A stretch of 64,000 nt of DNA, from NCBI GenBank assembly GCA_024679065.1, contig JAGIQG010000009.1:99510001-99574000 (forward strand), in the 5' to 3' direction. The first letter of the stretch is position 1. Every line of letters starts with the position of its first letter. The notes beneath the pieces were generated by a model. That model ran no database searches. It had not been told where the DNA came from and was given only the letters and a program-made list of their open reading frames with translations. Position numbers and translations under genes: made by a program. The DNA comes from Sphyrna mokarran. Its lineage: Eukaryota. Below, piece by piece: positions 27,660-41,014 of the stretch.

Positions 27660-28565
27660 AAAATAAGTTTCCGGCCATCGACTGAACTGTTGTCCTGAAT
27701 TAGAATCATTTTTCCAATCGACCAGAACGAATAATCACATCGGACACAACTATACCTGAACACCGATCACGACTCTCACCGTAGCCAAAGCTCGACAAAA
27801 TGCATTCATTCCAAGAAACTTGGAAAACGTGCAGGCCTGCAGGTGAGAATGAAACAATGCGATCCCACGACCCCACTCCCCAGTTTACTTTTTGGAAATG
27901 TCCAATCTCTGGAAAACAATCTAGACAAACTTAGAGCCAGAAAATTTTCCAATGAAAACTGAGGGATTGTTTTGTAGTCTGCTTCACGAAGATATCGTTC
28001 CCTTCTGCTTCACTGGACTGCGCCGGGCAAGTAAAGGTCTTCTGAATCCATTGAATGGGCTATACAGCTCCCTCTGGCAATGCTAATTGATGTACTGTCT
28101 GCTTCCTCATCAGCACCTTGCGGTGCCTCGACGTGGCAACACTGACACCTTTCTGCTCCCCAGACCTACAATAACTGACTCCAAAATGCCTGTATTCTTC
28201 GAGAGTTCACCTCTGTTATCCTGACGGCAATTCACATCTCACCCCATACTGATGTGAAGATCGCGCCGGGCAAAATATACGCAACTACGAATAGCCTTGA
28301 GACGAAACTTTCGGCGGCCATGGTCATTGTCGCCAAGACTCCAAGTTACCACCAACACATCTCCTGTTCCATTTGAGGCCCAAACATCCTATACCAATGC
28401 TACACAAGTATCAAACACGCTTATCACTCTATCGATCGCCCACTCGTTGGTAAATCAGACCACAAGTCTGTACTCTTACCCAATACTTACAGAGAAAAAG
28501 TGAAGCGGGAGCGTCCATCAAAAAAAAAAGTGCAATATTGATCTGAGAAATCGGACAATCGGGAC
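27660..28565 (+). mobile_element. Rex1/Babar LINE endonuclease fragment (one copy in each tandem unit; also about 29630-30530, 31485-32365, 33405-34750)
   Basis: Decayed GKRAGLQVR, PLPSLLFGNVQSLEN, CFTE, CSPDLQYLTLKFRPY.LSREF and GKSDH motifs characteristic of the Rex1 APE domain. Confidence 0.88.
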
Positions 28566-31500
28566 GCGCTGAGATGAATGTGAAAGTGAATCGAAATTCA
28601 ATTGCTGCTGCAGTATAGTGCATTTCTTACTTGATCATGAATAAAAGCTGTCTCTTTCCACATTTTCATTATAATTTAAACGCCTCTCTGGCTGTGTGTA
28701 GAACCTACAGTTGGACGGAACAGTCATTACAATTCTTTCACAATTCAACTTCCTTCACCAATGTGAGTTGTTCCACTGTATACCAGAATAAACTATCATC
28801 CCCTCCACAATTCATTCGATTTTTCATGTCTCTTCCTACTGTTATGAGGCAAATCCCTCACAAATGATGAACAGAAAAAAAAACCAGAAACATTCACTAG
28901 TTTATAAAGACAAAAGTGTATTTTGAATCTGCGGTCTCACTCATAAACTTCTTTGACCTCAGCCACGCTGACTGAACAAATTTGAGTGTTCGAAATTTTA
29001 ACCGATTTTGAGACAGCGACGACAAGAATCAGATGCGTATATGGTGTATATTAATTTGATTAACGGACTTCTGTAATCTCCGATTTTGGGGAAGAAAAAA
29101 TGTTTCCATCATAAAAGCTTACGTGGCCGTTGTGCTAATCTACTGAATTGAACTTTGCAAAGATGTCTGCTCAGGGACTGTAATTCGGAAAATGGTTCAG
29201 ACACGACATAGAGTGAAAAATTATCTCTTACAATAACAATATTGTTAATATTGAATAATAATTGTTAATATTTCAATAATATTGAAAAGTATAATATTTG
29301 CTGTACCTGTCGTTATTCCTTTTGACGGTGGAATGTACATTAAGAATAAATAATAATTGTTATGAGCATTGAGGTAATTTAATATTCATTGTTCCCATAT
29401 TTATTTCTCAACATTGCATTGCTGGTGTACTGATGTACTTCCGTTGAAGTGCCTTATAGACATGAGTTTTCCGGCCATCCAGCCATGTGTTGGATTCATT
29501 GACAGGTGCCTGATCTAATCGATTTATTGATATCTTATCACAATATTAAGGTACTTCGAGATAGAACAAACATTCGAATTAGGTTCAGAAGTCGAGTAAG
29601 CATGCAGCACGTGGCCAATCCGACTACAAGGAGGTTTCATGCCATTGATTGAACTGTTAACCTGAATTAGTGTAATTTTGCCAACCGACCGGTGCGAATA
29701 ACCTTATTGGACACAACTATACCCTTAACACAAAAAACTACTCTCACCTTTTCCCTGCTCGAAAATATGCATTCCTTCCAGGAAACTTGGGAAACGTGCA
29801 GGTCTGCAGGTGAGAGTGAAACAATGCGATCCCACCACTCCACTCCCCAGTTTACTTTTTGCAAATGTCCAATCTCTGGAAAACCATATGGACAAACTTA
29901 GGGCCAGTCTCAATTCCCAATGAGTACTGAGAGACTCCTTTGTACTCTGTTTCACGGAGATATGGCTTACTCCTGCTTCACTAGATTGCGCCAGACAACC
30001 TAGAGGATTCTCAATCCATTCAATGGACCTTATAGCTGCCTCTGGCAATGCTAATTGATGTGCGGTCTGTTTCCTAATCAGCACCTTGCCGTGCCTCGAC
30101 GTAGCAACACTGACACGTTTCTGCTCCCCAGACCTACAATATCTGACGCTAAAATTCCGCCCCTACTGCCTTTCTCGAGAGTTCACCTCCATTACCCTGA
30201 CGGCAGTTCACATCTCGCCCCGTGCTGATGTGAAGATTGCGCTGGCCAATATATACACAATCAGGAATAGCCTTGACACGAAACTTCCGGAGACTACGGT
30301 CATCGTTGCCCGGGATTCCAAGTTACCACCAACACGTGTCCTGTTCCACTTGAGGCCCAAACATCCCATACCCGTGCTACACAAGTATCAAACACGCTTA
30401 CCAGTCTATCGACCGCTCACTCGTTGGCAAATCAGACCACAAGGCTGCACTCTTGCCCAATGCTTACAAAGAAAAACTGAAGGGGTAGCGTCTATCAAAT
30501 AAGTAGTCGGAGAAATTGGATGATCGGGGCTCGCTGAGATGAATGTGAAAGTGAATCATAATACAATCTCTGTTGCAGTATAGTACATATCTTACTTGAT
30601 CTTTCACAGTTGAACCTGCTTCACCAATGTGAGTTGTTTCACTGTATATTAGAATAAACTATCACCTTTGGTGTTTCAAAATAGCCCCCCCCATCCACAA
30701 TTCACTCGATTTTTCAAGTCTCCTCCTACTGTTATGAGGGAAATCCCTAACAAAATGATGAACAGAAAAAACGGAAACATTCTCCAGTTTATAAAGACCA
30801 AGGTATATTTTAAATCCACCCTGTCACCCATAAACTTCTTTGACCTCAGCAGGGCGGACTGAACGAATTTGAATCTTCGAAGGTTTAACCGATTTTGTGA
30901 CAGCGACGACAAGAATCACGTGCGTATATGGTGTATATTCCTTAGATTAACGGACATCTGTAATCTCCTCATTTGGGGAAGAATAAATAAGTTTCCCATC
31001 ACGAAAGCTTATGTGGCCGTTGTACTAATCTACTGAGTTGAACATTCTGCCGAACTTTGCAAAGATGTCTGCTCAGGGAATTCGGAAAATGATTCAGACG
31101 CGTCATACAGTGAAAAATGATCTCTTAAAATAACAATGAAGAGTGCAGAATTTGCTGTACCTGGCGTTATTCCTTTTGACGGTGGAATGTACATATAACA
31201 ATAAATAATAATTGTGTTATGAATAGTGAGGTATTTTAATATTCATTCCTCCTAGATTTATTTGTGAACATTGCATTGCTTGTGTACGGATGCACCTCCG
31301 TTGAAGTGCCTTATACACACGAGTTTTCCGGTCATCCAGCCATGTGCTGGATTCATTGAAAGGCGCCAGATCTAATCGATTTACTGTGATATTATCACAG
31401 TACTAAAGTACTTCGAGATAGAATATACGTTCGAATTAGATTCAGAAGTCGAGCAAGTATGCGGCACGTGGCTAATCCGACTAAAAATAAGTTTCCGCCC

Positions 31501-33898
31501 GTTGATTGAGCTGTTAACCTGAATTAGAATCATTTTTCCAACCGACAAGAGCGACTAACCTCATTGGACACAACAATACCCTTAACACTGATAACTACTC
31601 TCGCCTTTTCCCTGCTGGAAAAAATGCATTCATTCCAGGAAGCTTGGAAAACGTGGAGGTCTGCAGGTGAGAAGGAAGTAATGCGATCCCACGACTCCAT
31701 TCCCCAGTTTACTTGAAAATGTCTGGAAAACAGTCTAGACAAACTCATTTTCCAATGAAAAGTACTCTGTTTCATGGAGAAATGGCTCACTCCTGCTTCA
31801 CAGGACTGTGCCGAACAACCAAATGTCTTCTCCATTCATTCAATGGACCATATAGCTGTCTCTGGCAAGACTAATTGATGTGCGGCCTGCTTCCTAATCA
31901 GCACCTTCTGGTGCCTCGACGTAGCAATACTGACAAGGTTCTGCTCCCCAGACTTACAATACCTGACGCTAAAATGCCGCCACTAACTGCCTTCCTCGAG
32001 AATTCACCTCCGTTACCCTGACGGCAGTTCACATCTCACCCCATACTGATGTGAAGATCGCGCCGGGCAAAATATACGCAACCACCAATGTCCTTGAGAC
32101 GAAACTTTCTGAGGCCACGGTCATCGTTGCCGGCGACTCCAAGTTACCACCAAGACATCTCCTGTTCCACTTGAGGCCCAAACATCCTATACCAATGCTA
32201 CACAAGTATCAAACGCGCTTACCACTCTATCGACCGCCCACTCGTTGACAAATCAGACCACAAGTCTGTACTCTTGCCCAATCTTACAATGAAAAACTGA
32301 AGCTGGAGCGTTCATTAAAAAAAAATAGTCGTGCAATGTTGGTCCGAGGAATCGGATAATCGAGCCTCGCTGAGATGAATGTGAAAGTGAATCATAATAC
32401 AATCTCTCCTGCAGTGTTGTGCATTTCTTATTTGATCATGAATAAAAGCTGTCTCTTTCTATATTTACATTATACTTTAAAAGCCTCTCTGGCTGTCTGT
32501 AGAACCTGCATTTGGACGAAACAGTTATCACAATACTTTCATAATTGAACTTCCTTCACCATTGTAAATTGTTTCGCTGTATATTAGAACAAACTATTAC
32601 CTTTGGTGTTTCAAATTAGCCCCCCTCCACATTTCATTCGATTTTTCATGCCTCCTCCCATTGGTATGAGGCAAATCCCTAACAAAATGATGAACAGAAA
32701 ATTACGGAAACATTCTCCAGTTTATGAAAACCAAGGCATATTTTAATACCACCCTGTCACTCATAAACGTCTTTGACCTCAACAAGGCGAATTGAACAAA
32801 TTTGAATCTTCGAAGTTTTAACCGATTTTGTGACAGCGACAACAAGAACCAGGTGCGTATATGGCGTATATTTATTTGATTAACGACTTCTGTAATCTCC
32901 GAATTTAGGGAAGAAAAAATGTTTCCATCATAAAAGCTTACGTGGCCGTTGTGCTAATCTACTGAATTGAACTTTGCAAAGATGTCTGCTCAGGGAATGT
33001 AAGTCGGAAAATGATTCAGACACGTCATACAGTGAAAAATTATCTCTTACAATAACAATGAAAAGTATAATATTTGCTGTACCTGTCGTTGTTCCTTTTA
33101 ACTGATTCATGAACTCTAAGGATAAATAATAATTATGTTATGAGCATTGAGGTAATTTAATATTCATTGTTCCTATATTTATTTCTCAATATTGCATTGC
33201 TGGTGTACTGATGTACTTCCGTTGAAGTGCCTTATAGACATGAGTTTTCCGGCCATCCAGCCATGTGTTGGATTCATTGAAAGGTGCCTGATCTAGTCAA
33301 TTTATTGATATCTTATCACAATATTAAGGTACTTCGAGATAGAACAAACGTTCGAATTAGGTTCAGAAGTTGAACAAGTACGCTGCACGTGGCTAATCCA
33401 ACTCAAAAGAAGTTTCCGGCCATTGATTGAGCTGCTAACCTGAATTAGAATCATTTTTCCAACCGACAAGAGGAACTAACCTCATCGGGCATAACTGAAC
33501 CCTTAGCTCTCACCGTCTCACAGCTCAATCAAATGCATTCATTCCAACAGAGCTTGGAAAACGTGGAGGCCTGCAAGTCAGAGTGGAGTAATGCGATCCC
33601 ACGACTCCACTCCCCAGTTTACTTCTTGAAAATGTCAAATCTCTGGAAAACAGTCTAGGCAAACTCATTTTCCAATGAAAAGTAAGGGACCGCTTTGTAT
33701 TGTTTCACGGAGATATGGTTCACTCTTGCTTCACGGAACCGTACCGAGCAACCAAAGGTCTTCTCCATCCATTGAATGGACAATATAACTGGCTCTGGCA
33801 AGGCAAGACAATGTGCAGTCTACTTCCTAATCAGCACCTTGTGGTGCCTCGACGTAGCAATACTGACAAGTTTCTGCTCCCCAGATCTACAATACCTG

Positions 33899-34472
33899 TA
33901 GGTACAGTACCTGTAGGTACTGTACAAAACTCTAGTGCGGCCGCACTTGGAGTATTGTGTGCAGTTCTGGTCCCCACATTATAAGAAGGATGTGGAGGCA
34001 TTGGGGAGGGTACAGAGGAGGTTTACCAGGATGTTGCCTGGTATGGAGGGCAGGTCCTATGAAGAGAGGTTGAAGGATTTGAGGTTGTTTTCGTTAGAAA
34101 GGAGGCGGCTAAGGGGGGATCTTATTGAAACATATAAGATAATTAGAGGTTTGGATAGGGGGGACAGTGATAGCCTTTTTCCTAGGATGGAAAAAGCTAG
34201 CACGAGGGGACACAGCTTAAAATTAAGGGGTGATAGTTATAGGACGGATATCAGAGGTAGGTTCTTTACCCAAAGGGTGGTTCGGGAGTGGAATGCCCTG
34301 CCTGCAGCAGTTGTAGATGCGCCAAGTTTGGTGGCGTTAAGAGGTTAGTTGATAAGTATATGGAAGAGAAGGGAATGGTTTAGTTTGGAGGGGCATTGCT
34401 TTTTATATTGGTCGGCGCAACATCGAAGGCCGAAGGGCCTGTTCTGTGCTGTAATGTTCTATGTTCTATGTT
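33899..34472 (+). mobile_element. Young 5'-truncated CR1 inserted in tandem unit 4
   Basis: RPHLEYCVQFWSPHYKKD...RRLRGDLI; (GTTCTAT)n tail; 8-bp target-site duplication AATACCTG at 33891-33898 and 34473-34480. Confidence 0.96.
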
Positions 34473-34779
34473 AATACCTGACGCTAAAATGCCGCCCCTA
34501 CTGCCTTCCTCGAGAGTTCACCTTCGTTACCCTGACGGCAGTTCACATCTCACCCCATACTGATGTGAAGATCGCGCTGGGCAAAATATACACAACTACC
34601 AATAGCCTTGAGACGAAACTTTCGGAGGCCACGGGCATTGTTGCCGGGGACTCCAAGTTACCACTAACACGTCTCCTGTTCCACTTGAGGCCCAAACATC
34701 TTATACCAATGCTACACAATTATCAGACACGCTTACCACTCTATCGACCATATAATATAAATGTATATAAATCGTTTAC

Positions 34780-36770
34780 TTCCATTAATTCCATTGTTTG
34801 GGCTGAATGAGAATCTTTCATCGAAACATGCGACCTAACTGTACCTCTTTCACTGGGGGGAATAGACTCCTACAGTAAAAGGACTCCATGGGAAATTTAA
34901 AAAAAAATCTCCTTTACAGAAGTAGGCTTACTTGTGCAAACTCTGCATTGTCTAGTAATGGGACTTCTCCGAAGCACAACATAATTTCAACACTCAATGT
35001 GTGACTTTCATTCAGGATCATGCATGTTTTAATTGATCACTTCCCATTGTTGTAAACTTATTTTCAGATAAGGTAATACCTTCATTTTGGAATGAGTTGG
35101 GTGAAAACTGTCAGAGGTGCTTCTGTACATTTATGTCCTTTCAAAAACGGATCAAAGTTTTGCAATTTGTATTCCATTTCACTTGCATAAACATCATCAT
35201 TCCATTTGCCTTGTTAGTCTATACTTCTGTGAGTCACAACAGCAAAATGTATGTTTACTTGAGATTTCTGCAATCGCTTCACGTTTCGATAATGCAGTGC
35301 TTTCTTGATCTTGCTGCGAACGAAATCTCGTTAAAATTTGTAATTTTTTTCAATTTTTTTGGGCCATCAATTTTACCTATCTATCGTGCTTTGCAAACGA
35401 AATTGTCTCCTTTACAACTTGTCTTTGTTTTTACTTCTCTTTGTTTCATTGGAATCTAAAACTACGATAAATTGATTTAATTGATATTGAAACAGTAAAT
35501 AGTTAACGTTTCAGCCTTAATCAAATTAAGGATTCAATTAATGCATTTCCCCAACCCCAAAATTGCCAGATTATGTATAATCTCCATTTCCAGCTAGCTG
35601 GACGATAATATCAATGTTGTCATCTACGCAATGTGCTCTTAGTCCATGTAATGACATTTGAAGTGCCATCTTGTTATGTTCTTCAAACAGAAGAATACAA
35701 ATTTCACAAGTCCCGTTTATCAACGTGGCTTGTCGCTTTCTCAAATAACTCTAATATATGAGCTATTCACAATACCTCGAGCAATGAACCATAGGTATTT
35801 TGCTTGTGTTGAGATTTTCTAGGTACACAATAGATCCCAACAATTTCCACACGTCAGATTTTAAACTGACTTTCTTGTATATTCCTGTCGTCTGTCCTCA
35901 TTCTTTTATAGATTCGCTATTTTCCAATCTGATGGCATGTATCCCGCACCTGGGACAATTTGAAATATCAAAGGCAAAGCATCTGCCATCTGTCAGCAGC
36001 CAAAAGTTTAATAATACGAGGTGAACTCCATCAGGACTGATAGATTTTATATAATTCGTTCAGCATCCTTTCCATCGCAACTGTATTGGTGTCAATCTCC
36101 TCCCACAGTTTCACATCTCAATTCACAATGAGTTCTAGTATGTGTCACATTGATCCATTATAATAAGGCAGCTGCAAAATAAATGTTCAATTCCACTTTT
36201 TAATTTTTTCATTCTTAATTTCCAAAATTCTCTCCTTGCTAGAAAAATACTCATCTGAATGATACATTAATCAGCACAATGACTGCACTGCTGCGCCACT
36301 GCAGTGTCAGCACTGCTGCGCTAGGGACCAAAATTCAATTGTGTCCATAGGTCGCTGTCAGTTTTTAATTTGCACATTCTCGCTGCATCCACATGTGTTT
36401 CCTCTGGGTGCTCCAGTTTCCTGTCACATTCCAAAGATGTGCAGATTAGGTTGAACGAATTACCCTATAGTGTCAGGATAGGTCAGCAGATAGGGCCTGA
36501 GTGGGATTGTTGCCTGTACAAGCTAGATGGGCCGAATGGACTACTACTGCACTTTAGGGATTCTTTTTTTCAATCAATTATTCCATTCTCCTTTTTATTC
36601 CCGTAGAAACCAATATCGCAAACTTTTATATTCCTAGTCAGATGTATCTGAATACTACATTCTTTTTCTTCATTAACATTTTCTTTGTTGTTTTCAATTC
36701 AGTTTCCCCCTTCCCCCTGTCTATGCGATACTGCATCCCTGCCTTTCAGTGTAATATTACCTTTTACTTA
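34780..36770. repeat. Old duplicated block, copy 2, including SINE at about 36270-36565
   Basis: Collinear with 24350-26410; the SINE shares the same internal duplication near its head. Confidence 0.9.
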
Positions 36771-36814
36771 TTTATAAGCCTTCCTGGATTCCTGGGATGA
36801 CTTATTTAAGACTT
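36761..36814 (-). CDS. Candidate 54-nt phase 1-1 exon (E)VLNKSSQESRKAYK*VK with in-frame TAA
   Basis: ttttctgaatgttgttcag|AAGTC...GTAAAAG|gtaata; TAA at 36768-36770; the donor end overlaps the duplicated-block boundary. Confidence 0.4.
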
Positions 36815-37208
36815 CTGAACAACATTCAGAAAATAGCTTTGGTAGGTTAGCAGAAAGAAAATATGACCTAATCGAAGAACAAGAATTTCCGAGGCCATAT
36901 ATGATGTTTATGTGGGTAAAAGAGGACAGTAGCATCATAACCACCATCGGATGAGGCATGATATTTTCAAATGCTGGATCAGATTCGAGTGATTATTTGA
37001 TCTAATCTTGCTCCTCGCTTATATTTCACATGTTTGTAGCTGGAAATTAATTCTGGAAACCATTATTACAGTTCAGGAAAATGCTTTCGAAATACATAAT
37101 CTTTCGAAATTTCTGAAGAAATGGGGATAAATGATAATTATAAATACAAGCAATCTCCCTACTCAACTTTGATGGTAGAATGAAGTATTTTCAGATATAC
37201 TCTCATAC

Positions 37209-37244
37209 CTGCTTCTTCACATCGGCGTTTTAATTCTTTCATTT
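37209..37244 (-). CDS. 36-nt phase 1-1 micro-exon (E)MKELKRRCEEA
   Basis: ttctgccttttgttttacag|AAATGAAAGAATTAAAACGCCGATGTGAAGAAGCAG|gtatga; very strong splice sites. Confidence 0.85.
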
Positions 37245-39079
37245 CTGTAAAACAAAAGGCAGAACAAAGGCAGGACGTTAAATTTCTGGCAGTGCTCCTT
37301 AGTTGTACAAAGTATGGACATTATCATTTGGAATGAAAAATTTATAAACCTCACTATTTATTCTTGGTGATGTCTACATTAAATTGTAGTTTATTTCACT
37401 TTGGTGCAATGCGTTTCAAAACAAGAATCATTAGCCAGAATGCATGAACTACTGGGAAATATTTATTGCCATTGAATACAAAGGACTGTTAGCATGATCA
37501 CTATAAATCATGTAATCCATGATATCGTGGTCATCAGAGAGGCTTCACTCGCAAGCAAGTTCCAAATTAAAAGCGAAGTCTGACATTCATACTGGGAATT
37601 CTCTTGTCCTTTTATTTAAAATGGAACACCAACACAACGACAATTAGGTCAGCCAGTCATTTTTGCCTCCACAACAAATGGGAACATCGAAACTTAAACT
37701 AAGTAGAACAGATGTGAATCAATGATATCAATTTCCCTTGATAATGTGATGATTTCGATGATCAAAACTCAGCAAAATGAGTTTAGAATGCAAAACTATA
37801 TCAATGAATGTTTAATGATTAGCTCAGTTTGTTTGAAAAATAAATATTTCGACATTTGGGCACGCAATATAAAGATAAAATATTTTGTTAACGGCAACTA
37901 AAATTCAACAATAAATAGCTTGCCTAATGACAAAAAAATCACCGAAAGCCATTGAGTTTTTGTAGTCAGTGAAACAGCAAAGGCAGTAGACGACAATACT
38001 GTGAACGTAGAAGATCCGGACAGACAGAAGGCTTCCTATCAGCCTTTTCAAACTTGGACTTCAGTTGACAAACACGCTTTTGGAAGTTCGACAATAGGAA
38101 ATCTTGCAGCTTTATGAAACGTATTCAGTTTACAAAACCTTCACTTGAACGAAAGCATCAACTTCCCCCAATAATCTAATGGAATACACAGCGACAGTTA
38201 TACGTTGTAATGATATTTAATTTATACCTGTGCCGAATATTTGTGCGTAGAAGATTGTGTTGTGACATAGGAGAATGATATATCGATTTATCCGGGTACT
38301 GGGTGATTTTCATTAATGTTGTACACGCGACACTTTTGCTGAAAGAACTATTTTTTTTGGGAGAAAAGCAATTTATTGCAGCTGATAGAATCTGGAACAA
38401 TAAAACCAGAAGTGCTGCAAATTTACAGCAGGTTTGGTAGCACCTAAGGATCGAGGTTGGATGACACTTCGACTGAGCCGAAGAAAACAAAATGTAGCAT
38501 GACATTTATGCTGCGAGTATGAGGGGGAGCGGCAATCCGCTCATCTTTGTTCTGTCATTTGCAAAATTTTATTGGAAGCTATTAACACGCTTTCAGCCAA
38601 AGGGCCATTATTAACATTTTCTTTGTCCCTTTGTAAATGATATCTCTCTCAATGCCCCCGCCCACACCATAATAGTTTATAATGCATGTATTTTCAGCTC
38701 AATAGTTAACTCTATTCTATCTCCACAGATTGTTTCAGATCTAGTGAGGTTTTCCTGCAATGTCTGCACCTATTTGGGGTACGCACTCCATGGTTGACTA
38801 ATCATAACCCCTGCATACAAAAATGATAATCATGAAAGAAAAAGCAACTGCCTGTTCCATACTGTCACTTTGTATTCAATGATTGAACGCATCCATTCAA
38901 TACCTCAATATTTTTTCATTTAGTCTTAATATTATTTCATATTTTTGCGATTGTCTTATTGATTGTGTTGCATATATACTCAACGTTTTTTGATTGACAG
39001 ATTAAAAACAATCTTCTGAAGCAATCGTAGAAATATAGAATTCATTTTTTTCAGTTTATATTCTGTTTTTCTAACGTAC

Positions 39080-40300
39080 TTTAACATGAGGAAAAAGGGA
39101 GAAGAGGACAATTTTGAACTTCCTGTTGGTGCAAACATATCGGATAGACAATCATTGCCGGATATAGGGTATATTCACAGAATATTTCGGGATAACTTCT
39201 TGGAACCTCCCATTCTGGAGCTAGCAAGATATTCAGCTATCTTGCAAGCAGCATTTTTCAAAAAAAAGAGGTTAATTAATGATTTCATAGTGAAGGCACA
39301 TCTACGTAGTGATAGCGATAATATGGTTGTATTTTACTTTCGTTCTGAGGGAGTGAATGGTGGCTCCTTGATGGCAACCTGAAACGTGTATGAAGGCAAT
39401 GACAAAGATATTAATGAAATACTAAGGTCAGGCCAGTTGGAAAATGAGGTTAATGTGCAGTTCAGTAGAAATGTTGTCCCCAGAATTTGAATGGATGTTT
39501 CAGAACGCAAGGAATTCTGACATTCAAATATGAAACAAATATTCTAAGGGAAAAACCAACAGGCTAACCACCAGTTAAGTGGTTAGCTGTAAATTGTATA
39601 GGTTGTATCAAGCTAAAAAAAGAAATCCAGTTGAAAATGTGAGTTCCAAGGATATTTATATCAGAAAAGTGTTCGCACATAGTTAGCATTGGCCCTTTAG
39701 AGTTCGTGTCTAGGCATATCATCGGACATATAGGGATGGCAAAAATATTATGAAATATATTTCAATGACTCTCACTATGGAAGATTCAAATAACATGCTA
39801 AAAATAGCACCAAATCAGCAAAACGAAAAGAAGGAGGATCTCAAGAAACCTGCGTCATTCAGTCAAGTTGCACTTAGAAAATATTTGAAGCTGTAGGCTT
39901 ATATGTCCTCTGGGCCTGATGGGCGTCATCCTATGACTTAAAGTAAGTGCCTAGTGAGATAGTTGAACCATTGATTTTCATCTCACAAAACTGTTTAAGT
40001 TAGGGGAAGTTCCATGAAATTGGAAAGTGGCGAATGTGACTCTCTTATGCATAAAGAAAGAGAGCCAAAAAAGTAGACTGCAACCCAGTCCACCTTTAGA
40101 TTGGAAAACGTTACAACATAAATATAAATATATCATAACAGGTTCGTTCTATTCATTCCACGTAGTCAGGCAGCGTTATAATGGTTTTGTGCAAGGGAAA
40201 TTATGTATCACCAAATCACTGAAGTTCTTTGAAGAATTGACATGCGATACTGATAAAGGAGAAAAGATGAATGTATCATTCTTGGGAGTGATTTTCTTTC
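39080..40300 (+). mobile_element. Degenerate CR1 ORF2 fragment
   Basis: HLRSDSDNMV, GPDG.HP and WKVANVTLL...GFVQGKLCITKSLKFFEE remnants. Confidence 0.78.
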
Positions 40301-41014
40301 GCTGGAGCAAACGGACACAATGATACTCATAGTTTTCATTATTTTGATCTGCCCCATTGATTTACCACTCGAATTCAGAAAGCGGAGGGCATAGTTGCCC
40401 AATTTATATTAGTTTTTTTTAATAAATGTAGTGGAGAACGTTTTTCTTTAGAGATTGTATACATAACACAGTGCTGCTTCCCCCACTCAGCAATCCTTCA
40501 TTTTGATTTGCATTTCCACTCGATTCAATGGAAAGGGCAGTCGAGAGAACTATATAATTGATAATTCAGTTGTTGGTTCGCATTGTGCCTTCTGGACATA
40601 AGTGCTCAATGTCGGAGGATGCATGCATTGCAAACGACGAGCCTACGGCCAGGCATGTCACTCGTTACGACATGAAATTGTTTCATTGCTTGTACCATGA
40701 ATTACTTTGCAATATGTTTTCAATATCTTGATAAAGTCGTGACGTGGAATATTAGTGCAGAACAGTTGAGATCTTAATTGAGAACTTTTCTTTCATCAAT
40801 AGATAACACAATTATACACGTAGTTTTGATTTGCGCAGCAGCGTTGGAACACGTCAAGCCTCCCTCAATAGCGTAAGGAACGCCATTCAGCTCATAATGA
40901 ATCTGCAAATATCTTTCACGGGAATTTAGTTTTATGAAACTCAACACGTTATACTTAGACTGTGCACACAATCAACAAGAAAGTCAACAAAAGAAGTATA
41001 GAATGAATACTTAC

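Larger units (their letters stand above)
26620..34750 (+). repeat. Tandem array of four ~1.8-2.0 kb units (starts near 26620, 28569, 30534, 32370)
   Basis: Recurring anchors gcgacgacaagaatca, ccatccagccatgtg, ttcgagatagaa, gtgcctcgacgt and tgaggcccaaacatc appear once per unit. Confidence 0.97.

Noticed and set aside
27777-27803. RSS-like CACCGTA-11 nt-ACAAAATGC
   Set aside because: It lies inside the Rex1 fragment, has the wrong spacer length and is not conserved across units.
26620-34750. CRISPR-like or retron-like interpretation of the repeats near RT genes
   Set aside because: The units are ~1.9 kb eukaryotic duplications without short repeat-spacer structure, and all RTs here are LINE or LTR types.
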